Source: Zygophlyctis sp. KS116
Taxonomy: Eukaryota; Fungi; Chytridiomycota
Direction of reading: 5' to 3'
NCBI GenBank assembly: GCA_054661495.1
Contig: BAAFSQ010000422.1
Coordinates: 1-7,027 of the forward strand
Length of the DNA: 7,027 nucleotides
The translations under genes were made by a program, and so were the position numbers. The notes beneath the pieces were generated by a model. The model searched no databases. It saw only the letters and a program-made list of their open reading frames with translations, and was not told where the DNA came from. This document shows positions 1 to 6,965 of the stretch, one piece after another. Position 1 is the stretch's first letter. Every line of letters begins with the position of its first letter.

Positions 1-2
1 TC

Positions 3-430
3 TCATTGGGAAGCCTCTTCTCAAAATTAGGAAATGAAATGTTGGGTGAAATGTCAACTTCAACTTATAATGATGAACTTTTCTCCTCAAATAATGATAG
101 TGAAATTATTCGAGGAGAAAAGTTCATAATGGACTGAAAAATTAATTCTCCCAGAGCTGCTTGGTTGGAGTATACTAGAAAAATAGCTCCTCTGTTAGAA
201 AAGAATGATTGGCAGAAATCTGATTCAGAAACCAGATTCTTTAATCGTAGAAAACCTCTGTTTGCAGCGATGCACCAGTTACTGGATGGTAAATTATTTT
301 GTGATTATAATCTATAGTGCATGGAATGATGATGGAAGATGCTTGTGCGTTTTTAGAAGGCGTGAGACCTAATAAAATGTCTCTTCGTGGAATTTGCGAC
401 TTGATATTTCAAAAACAAAAACTTGATTAG
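3..430 (+). pseudogene. GCR1_C-domain (PF12550-like) coding 3' end, probably a decayed Crypton tyrosine-recombinase transposon. Exons <3-288 and 318-430.
   Basis: Frame +3 reads ...FIMD*KINSPRAAWLEYTRKIAPLLEKNDWQKSDSETRFFNRRKPLFAAMHQLLD. Splicing GT289..AG317 continues it as VHGMMMEDACAFLEGVRPNKMSLRGICDLIFQKQKLD* (stop 428-430). This fits the GCR1_C pattern (MxR..T..xW.E...W....E.xFF.RRK.i...A...LE..R...SL..l) as I recall it. There is an in-frame TGA at 135-137 where Arg (CGA) is expected. Confidence 0.75.
289..317 (+). other. 29-nt GT-AG spliceosomal intron
   Basis: Sequence is gtaaattattttgtgattataatctatag. Removing it joins the two halves of the GCR1_C domain in frame. Confidence 0.75.
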
Positions 431-461
431 AATTTTTAGCAAAAACAAAAACTTGATTAGA
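410..461 (+). repeat. 22-bp perfect direct repeat (410-431 and 440-461)
   Basis: caaaaacaaaaacttgattaga occurs twice. The second copy overlaps agacctaataaa (459-470), which also occurs at 365-376. Confidence 0.9.
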
Positions 462-600
462 CCTAATAAAGTTAATTGTAAAAAATGTTTGTTTTTATAA
501 AAGATGAGTACAAGTCCCACCTTCTAAATTCCTAAATATTTTAAGTCAATTAATAAATCCGTCCAGAAAATACTCCCATCAGAACATCTCCAACAGGGAG

Positions 601-1245
601 ATGCATTCAAAAAATGGAAATACACCACATAGATTTCTCAATTTTAATATAAATGGAATAATAAATAAAGTTAGCAAAGTGAATTTTATTCTAGATAAAT
701 ATTGTCCGACAATACTAAGTCTGAATGAAATAAAAATTTCCAAAGAAAAAAGGAAAATTATCAATCTACAAATTGATCCAGATTACAAGATCATATGCAA
801 TTGTTCAATAGACTCTAGAGCTCAAGGCAACTGTATCTTAATTAAAAAGCATTTACTTATTGAAAAGTATAATCATGCAAAATACAATAAAATATTAAAA
901 GATCTTAAAAAATTCCTTTCAAAAATTCTTACGTCAACAAACAATGAAAATATTCATACCGTCATACAAGGTGATTTTAACGAATATAATGAAACGATTG
1001 ACCACATCTCAGGTAACGGGAGAGATATCCCTAATAAGCCAATTTTCTCAAAAATCTCCAGCTGTTAGATATAGATCGAATAATATCAGGAAACACAAAT
1101 TAATTCATCAAATGGAAAAACGTACTCAAAAATTGATATATCATTTATTTCTAAAAATTTATTTAATACTATAATAAAATCTAATATAATTCATGAATTT
1201 TACAATGAGGCACACAAAGTGATACATATAGAACTAGACCTAGCT
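601..1245 (+). pseudogene. LINE apurinic-like (APE/EEP) endonuclease domain, internally deleted and disrupted
   Basis: Motifs: FLNFNING, ILSLNEIK (LQET equivalent), GNCILIKK, IQGDFN (GDFN at 970-981), SKIDISFISKNL (SRID motif, ~1126-1161) and EAHK (SDH position). Confidence 0.85.
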
Positions 1246-1939
1246 TCAGTTCAAGGGCATAACCCTTATCAGCCAATGGCAAAGATATTAAATTCAAAAC
1301 CAAAAATATTTCTAAACAGGATATTCAAAAGTATAATAGTTCATAAGAGAATCTCGATGTAGAAAGTAACTTATCTTTATTGTATAGAAAACTAAATGAA
1401 AATATTATTCAGGCTGCTAAAAAGACATTTGAACGACACGAGACTGGAAAAACAAACTTATCGACATTCAAAAAAAACATAATCGCATCATGCGAAAGAG
1501 TTTTAAATATTTATATGATTTTCACAATGTATGGCAAACTTTGAGCCAAAAAATTCAAGGAATTCAAAATCTATTAAACAGACTACTTACTTGAATCATT
1601 TAATAAAGAAAATATAGATTTAAACATTATTAAAAATTTACAATCGTAACAAAAAAAAGATGAAGACAGCTATGAGTCGAAGAGAAAAACGTTTTATTAA
1701 TGAACAGAAAAGAAATATAAGTAACATCTTTGATAGAAAGCTAGCTTTTGATGAACCATACTTTTTGAGGCTTCCTAATAAAGTATTAATTGATAATGAT
1801 GAGATATTAAAATATACAGAAGAATATTTCCAAAAAATCTATTGTACAATCAATCAAAATGTTACAGCAGCTCAAGAGATAGAACATGGGATTGATGATC
1901 CAATTTATCAAAATATATCCGACAAAATTAACCTCAAAG

Positions 1940-3467
1940 AACTCAAAGAGGCAATCAGCAATCTAGGAAAAAATAAAGCCCCTGGTCCCTCACAAATTAC
2001 CAATGATCTTGTCAAGTATATTACAAATACAGCATACATTAATCAAATTCTGAGAGTTCTCAACCTAATTTTTAGAAAATGATCAACCACCAGAAGAGAT
2101 TAATCTAGCAAAAATAATATTAATACCCAAGAAAGAAGACTGGGAAAATGATTTATCAAATACTAGACCAATTACACTTATAGACACAATTAAGAAACTT
2201 TTCAGTCAAATTCTTACAGATAGAATTACAGGAATTTTAAATCATCATAGAATTCTCAAAGGAAATAATTTTGGCTTCACACAAGATATGAGTACAAAAG
2301 ATCCTTTGCTGATTTAAAAGTTTTTAAAAGTTTTATGATCATTTATTCTAAGACAAACTAACGACGGAGCCTCGCCGGTGCCCTAATTAGAACCTCCACC
2401 TTCCTTCACTTTCCAGGATTTGAACCCCACACCCGGTGATTTTCCATATGAATTACTAATTGAACTGATTTCTTAAAAGTACTAGGCTTTTCTGACTTTC
2501 CCTCTCCATGTTCTGCAATCAAAGCACCACAGTACCGATCTGACATTTCAAGTACTAGGACCATTACTCAGACATTCTCCCTAAGCATCGTCTTTCCAAG
2601 GTTCTGTCCAATTTTCCAAAGTCTTTGAGAAGTTTCCTGCAAAACCTATGCTTTGCTGATTACAAGAATGATTATTGATGATGCTTAAATTTCTAAAAAA
2701 AGCGTTTTATATTGGCTCCTTAGATGTCCAAAAAGCATATGATGCTGTCCCATTTGAAAGTATTGTTTAATCATTAAAAAGAATCAAAGTGCCAACCAAC
2801 TTTATAAAGCAAGTATCAAAGATTCTTCATAGATCAGTTTTTATAGAATCACCGGCTGGCCAAACAAAAAATTTTCAAGCTCAAAGAGGTCTCCCTCAAG
2901 GAGATCCAATGTCTCCTATTATTTGGAACATATTCTATGACCAAACTCCAAAAACTAAATGGATATAATTTAAATAAAAAAATATCGATATCGGTAATTG
3001 CTTATGCAGACGACATCCATCCCATTGCCGAAACTGAAGATGATTTACAGAATATTTTGTCTAAAATAGAAGAATTCTTAAAATCTCATAATGTGAGTCT
3101 TAATCCCAGTAAATCCAAAATTCTAACAAATAACTGTAAAACTGAATATGAATTTATTATCAACAAGGAGCGTATCAGTAAGGTTCCAAAACATGAACTG
3201 GTACGAATTTTAGGAGTATATTGGTCCATGAATGGATCCTATAAAAGCACAATTCAAAAAACATCCGATTTCAAAAACCAAATATCTGCAATACAATATA
3301 AATATGTAACAGGAAAAATTATGTCCCATCTGATAAATACTGTCATTATCCCAACAATCACATACAGATTGCAGTATATTCCCATTTCAGATACTCAACT
3401 ATCCAAGTTTGATCAAATATTAAGGAAAGTCACAAGGATCAAGTATAAATTGCCACTAAATCTATGA
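1940..3467 (+). pseudogene. LINE reverse transcriptase domain, frameshifted and split by the 2315-2650 insertion
   Basis: KAPGP at 1975. After a +1 shift at the T-run 2069-2073: ILIPKKEDWENDLSNTRPITLIDTIKKLFSQILTDRI...NFGF. Then LDVQKAYD (2720-2743), GLPQGDPMSP (2888-2917), YADD (3003-3014), LNPSKS and RILGV. Confidence 0.97.
2315..2650 (-). mobile_element. 336-bp antisense insertion, probably the 5'-truncated 3' end of a second non-LTR retroposon
   Basis: Flanked by a perfect 11-bp duplication ctttgctgatt (2304-2314 and 2651-2661). Excision restores the RT reading GFTQDMSTKDPLLI|TRMIIDDA. The minus-strand 3' end has AATAAA (2342-2347) followed by a twice-repeated 10-bp unit (plus strand taaaagtttt, 2315-2334). 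Confidence 0.85.
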
Positions 3468-4081
3468 CGTATTATACAACAAAGATTATGGCATTAATTT
3501 GTTCCCTCTAAAAGAGGTTAGAAAATATCAAATCATTACAGACATGGCAGTGTTTCTTAGAAGCAACAATATTACTTCTAAACTATTGGAGAGATCCTTG
3601 GAGAAGCTACAACATAGAATGAAATGTCCTCTGCCATTATATGTAAAACCAACTAAAATTAAAAACTGTATTGACACATTCATAAAGTACTTTATTAACT
3701 TAATATATAACAATAATATTAACTTTAAACACTTATCATTTGAGCCGATCAAACAGATTATGGCGGAAATGCCAGATGAAATTTATGCTAAAGGATGCAA
3801 AGCAATGTATAGACTTAATCTTGATCTTAATAAACTGAAACTACCATCAAATCCAAAGTTATTACTATCTTTGAGGATTTATTGATACATTTTCCATGGA
3901 TGAAACGTAAGACATGGGATGAGATTCCAGCATGGTATCAATTCTTTCTTAAAAAACTTGGAAACATAAATAATAACTTGGATCTTTCACAATTGTTTAA
4001 TCTTCGGATTCCAATAGCTGAAAATAGTAATAACCAAGACAATTTTAAAATTCCAGACAGAATATCGGACATTGAACTATG

Positions 4082-5042
4082 TGTTGGGAATGAGTACTGT
4101 AACTCAGACTCAAAGAAAACTCAAAGAGAAATTATGTCTGGTCAAATCTGATATAAATTAACTAGTAAGGATTAAAGAATCACGAAATTAAAGAATTAAA
4201 GAATTCTTACAAATTTGATTGATTTGGAAACTATAAATCGGAATGGTTTTGATATTCACCCTTGAGAAAATTAACATGTCTACTGATAATTTTACCGATT
4301 TACACGTTGGCGTGACTGAGGTTCCTCAGTGTATGTGCCCAACCCTTAAATCGGTTCAGGAATTCCTGAAGTCAGTAGGTGTAGGTGGGAATTTTCTCAT
4401 GGAGAAGGAAGCTGGTTGTAGGGCTTCGTTTAGTGGGGTTGTATGAAAATGTGCAATCCGGAAAACTTGACATAAATCAGGACAAATTGTTGGCAGATTG
4501 TCTGGTTGGTTACCATACTCTCTGGCTTTCGGGGTTGTGATCAATCCGGGATGGCGATGTTAAATCGCTTGGAAGCTGAATACAATAGAAAGGACTCAAG
4601 CTCAAAATTTGCAGTCTTGATCCAGTTGTTGTCCTATAAGTTTAAGGGGAAGGGTATTGGGAAGCACTGCGACAATGTTGTAGGGCTTCTGAATGAATTG
4701 ACGGGCATGGGCATGCCTCTTGACCAGGAATTGTGTCTTGATTCTCCTTTATTCGTTGCCTGCGGAATACTCTACATTGGCATCGGTGATCTGTGGCCAG
4801 AATACCCGAAGCCTAAACGTAGACCAAGTACGCATAAGGGCTGTATCGGAGGAGGAGCGATTGCGCAGAACTGAATCAGGACAAGTCTATTTTCATCGAA
4901 TAAGCATCTTGGCAATCAAGGTAGCCCACCAGCAAAACGCGTAGGTTCGCCTAGCTCGACACCTAGCCCAAAAACAATGGAATGGGCCGCTTCCAAATTG
5001 AAGAGTTGGAAGGGCGAAGACTTTTTCATGGATGATCTTAGT
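4082..5042 (+). mobile_element. Ty1/copia LTR retrotransposon 5' fragment (putative LTR/leader plus gag). No pol and no 3' LTR.
   Basis: Begins TGTTGGG and is GC-richer than the flanking LINE over most of its length. It encodes a copia gag domain. LINE sequence resumes at about 5043. I could not identify a PBS or TSD, so both boundaries are inferred. Confidence 0.8.
4276..5042 (+). pseudogene. copia-type gag (Retrotran_gag_2/UBN2-like), frameshifted
   Basis: MLNRLEAEYNRKDSSSKFAVLIQLLSYKFKGKGIGKHCDNVVGLLNELTGMGMPLDQEL, a frameshift at ~4733, then VLILLYSLPAEYSTLASVICGQNTRSLNVDQVRIRAVSEEERL. The LL.SLP..Y and EE.R hallmarks are present. A Ser/Pro-rich linker follows and no zinc knuckle is present. 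Confidence 0.85.
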
Positions 5043-5648
5043 CAAGCGGATAAAATGCCGAAAAAAGGTGCAGAATCAGTACAAGATGAATACCAAGTTA
5101 GAAATGATTCTGACAAACCATATATTTTCAAACAAAATATTATACTGAACGGCCACCAAATCAGGCACTTAAGGACTTCCTGCAGTTAAAATACTCTGAA
5201 AGGAATGAAATATATTTAAATGAAAAATGGGCTTTTCCAAACATTTATTGGAAAAACACTCTTAAAATATGCAATCAAGGAATGGACAAGGAAAACTCTT
5301 TAGATGCATCAAATATTAAAGAGCAAAGTTTTCGAATACAATTCTTAACCAAAAATTACCAACTTTATCACTGGTGAAGAAATGGAATTCAAAAAAGTAT
5401 ACATATACGCAAACTGATTTATGCCCAAGATGTAATCAAGAAGAAGAAACTATAGAACACCTTATTAAATGTGAAAAAAATAGGAAAATTACTTCAAAAT
5501 TATATAAACATACGATTGAACTGATTAAACATAGACTTAATAACAATATATACTACACAGCTCTAAAGGAACAACATTTCAAACCATTAAGCAAGCATTT
5601 GATTTTATACATTTACTAAGTGGATTTTTAGATGTTGTAATTGCCTAA
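5043..5648 (+). pseudogene. LINE ORF2 C-terminus: last RNase H helix plus zf-RVT/CCHC finger
   Basis: QADKMPKKGA (ADxLAKxGA motif, 5043-5072), IYWKNTL, SFRI..LNQKLPT, and CPRCNQEEETIEHLIKC (C-x2-C-x8-H-x3-C, 5422-5472). Confidence 0.85.
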
Positions 5649-5671
5649 TAAAAATAAAAAAAAATAAAAAA
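5647..5671 (+). repeat. A-rich 3' tail of the LINE
   Basis: aataaaaataaaaaaaaataaaaaa begins within a TAA (5646-5648) at the end of the ORF2 remnant. Confidence 0.7.
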
Positions 5672-5790
5672 TTATTCATAATGGAAATTCAAGTTTCGTA
5701 TCTCGAATATAATCCCATAGAAATCCTCTACAACAGAAAAGTGAAACTGTAATCAATTTTTTCTTGGTTTTTTTCGTTTTGAACTTTGAA

Positions 5791-5940
5791 ATGTATGAAA
5801 AACTGGAAACGATTGGCCGCGGCTCTTTTTCGTTAGTTTGTAAAGTCAGGCGGTTGTCCGATGGTAGAATTTTAGCACAAAAGGAAATTGACTATGGACA
5901 AATGACAAAGTTCGAGAAGCAGTGCTTCATTCTTTCATAG
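5791..5940 (+). pseudogene. NIMA/Nek2-family Ser/Thr kinase N-terminal fragment (subdomains I-II only), 49 codons
   Basis: MYEKLETIGRGSFSLVCKVRRLSDGRILAQKEIDYGQMTKFEKQ resembles the NIMA/Nek2 start (YE.LE.IG.GSFG...KVRR.SDG.IL..KEI.Y..M...EK). Similarity ends at ~5922 and there is a stop at 5938-5940. It is too short to appear in the ORF track. Confidence 0.8.
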
Positions 5941-5973
5941 GTTCATGACTGAGAAGATTTGGATCTATCGATT

Positions 5974-6795
5974 TCAAACTATATTTTCCCAAAGACCTGC
6001 TTTCACAGAGTTAATAAATGCAGTATCAAGATACTGTTTATTACCATCCGGTAGAATATAGTATGCGTTGGCCTTCAATGCATTGTTTGCATTGTTGCAG
6101 TTTGAAGAAGTCACTGAACCAATACGACCATCAAAAGACCACTTGCCACAGTTTTTGCGAACATTCTTCCAAAGTGATGACAAACCTCTAGTCATGGAGT
6201 CAACTGCATTCTTGCATTCAGTTTTACGAGTTGGATTTCCTGAAATGTATGTCGGGTTGCATAGTGCAGCTTGAGCATTTATACAATCTTGGTACGGGTT
6301 CTTCTCTAACTCAACTGTACTGTCAACATAACTGCAAGTAACTCGGTAACCTGCAATGTCTTTTTGAAATACTTGAGTTCTCTTTGCCAAAGTATTAGCT
6401 GTTCGAGTTGCAAGACAAGCAAGGGAAGTTCCTGCAGGAGGAAAACGAACAGCCGGGGAATCTTTTGCGGCACAACCACATAACGTAACAGAAGTTCTGG
6501 TAGAGAATCTATAACACTTATACGAAAAAATCCTTACACTCTTAAACCACATCTTAGATTTAAACTTCCACTAAATGATGGATTGTTGCGAAAGCTCCTT
6601 TAATTTAATGTTAACAGAATATTTACATTTCACGTAAATTTATCAAATTTTCAATTGAAGCAGGAATTGATCCTGTAAGACTTAATTTTTTCAACTCGAC
6701 TTTAATTTAAATATAGAAAGTAATTACAGTTGAACCAATTTTATCAAATTTCCAATTGAAGCAGGAATTGATCCTTTAAGACTTAATTTTTTGAA
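5974..6795 (-). CDS. Spliced LRR + Cys-rich domain gene, 5'-incomplete and possibly a pseudogene. Exons ~6795-6728, 6699-6627, 6597-6538, 6508-5974.
   Basis: Spliced reading: KKLSLKGSIPASIGNLIKLVQL / ELKKLSLTGSIPASIENLINLREM / SFRNNPSFSGSLNLRCGLRV / FSTRTSVTLCGC...AGLWENIV*. The repeats match the 24-aa plant-type LRR consensus LxGxIPxxIGNLxxLxxL. Exon 6699-6627 is 73 nt, one base more than a frame-preserving 72. No start codon or signal peptide is visible. Confidence 0.85.
6509..6537 (-). other. 29-nt GT-AG intron (phase 2)
   Basis: Sequence is gtaaggattttttcgtataagtgttatag. Removing it links the LRR frame to the terminal exon. Confidence 0.85.
6598..6626 (-). other. 29-nt GT-AG intron (phase 2)
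   Basis: Sequence is gtaaatattctgttaacattaaattaaag. Removing it gives a continuous LRR, ...NLREM|SFRNN. Confidence 0.85.
6637..6792. repeat. Near-identical ~55-bp direct repeat with 101-bp period (duplicated LRR exon)
   Basis: tttatcaaattt(t/c)caattgaagcaggaattgatcct(g/t)taagacttaatttttt at ~6639-6691 and ~6740-6792. Confidence 0.95.
6700..6727 (-). other. 28-nt GT-AG intron (phase-2 donor)
   Basis: Sequence is gtaattactttctatatttaaattaaag. The donor falls at the same LRR position as the next intron, and both introns share the last 11 nt (ttaaattaaag). Confidence 0.75.
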
Positions 6796-6808
6796 TGTTT
6801 TGTTTGTG

Positions 6809-6965
6809 CATTGTTCTTTTGAGAACATAATCCAGTGAAGTCAGGACAATGAAATCCTCAGAAATCCATTGTTCTTTTAAGTCCGATCTGATCGATTGTA
6901 AAATGAAGTGGCGTCAAGAACAATGAAATTACTCATAAATCCATTGTTCTCGTTATGATCGATCG
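6809..6965. repeat. Degenerate ~73-bp tandem units, each with an inverted ACAATG...CATTGT pair
   Basis: gtcaggacaatgaaatcctcagaaatccattgttct (6840-6875) and gtcaagaacaatgaaattactcataaatccattgttct (6913-6950). A third cattgttct lies at 6809-6817. Each unit is followed by gatc(t)gatcg. Confidence 0.75.

Larger units (their letters stand above)
601..5671 (+). mobile_element. Degenerate non-LTR retrotransposon (LINE) ORF2: APE - RT - RNase H remnant - CCHC finger. ORF1 is not recognisable and the 5' boundary is approximate.
   Basis: The motifs occur in the expected order across many frameshifts and stops (see the sub-features). The element ends in a stop codon followed by an A-rich tail at 5647-5671. 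No flanking TSD was found. Confidence 0.95.

Noticed and set aside
579-764. Minus-strand ORFs 579-764, 3528-3752 and 4356-4544, and plus-strand ORFs 944-1174 and 6068-6274
   Set aside because: These are shadow or alternative frames of the LINE, gag or Cys-rich exon, with no independent motifs.
135-2770. In-frame stops as evidence of an alternative genetic code
   Set aside because: The stops are of mixed type (TGA, TAA) and co-occur with many frameshifts, while the long terminal exon needs no readthrough. Decay is the simpler explanation.
1940-3467. RT as a retron, group II intron or DGR enzyme diversifying the LRR gene
   Set aside because: An upstream APE domain, a downstream CCHC finger and an A-tail identify a LINE. 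The LRR repeat differences are not adenine-specific.
4082-4276. Defined 5' LTR TGTT...AACA with a PBS
   Set aside because: There is no second LTR and no recognisable tRNA primer-binding site after the candidate CA ends (4211, 4276), so the LTR end cannot be fixed.
123-5685. ttcataatgga at 123-133 and 5675-5685 as the TSD of the LINE
   Set aside because: The left copy lies inside the GCR1_C coding sequence, which continues to 430, so it does not flank the LINE. It is probably a chance match.
5922-5940. 19-nt GT..AG as an intron extending the kinase (KQ|FMTE)
   Set aside because: It has a weak donor (gtgctt), is much shorter than the other introns, and kinase similarity is not convincingly restored.
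6509-6552. Track ORF start MWFKSVRIFSYKCYR for 5974..6552
   Set aside because: It reads through a 29-nt intron and uses the wrong frame upstream. The spliced frame continues into LRR repeats.
6637-6792. Direct repeats with a spacer as a CRISPR-like array
   Set aside because: There are only two copies, they encode LRR peptides, the context is eukaryotic and there are no cas genes.
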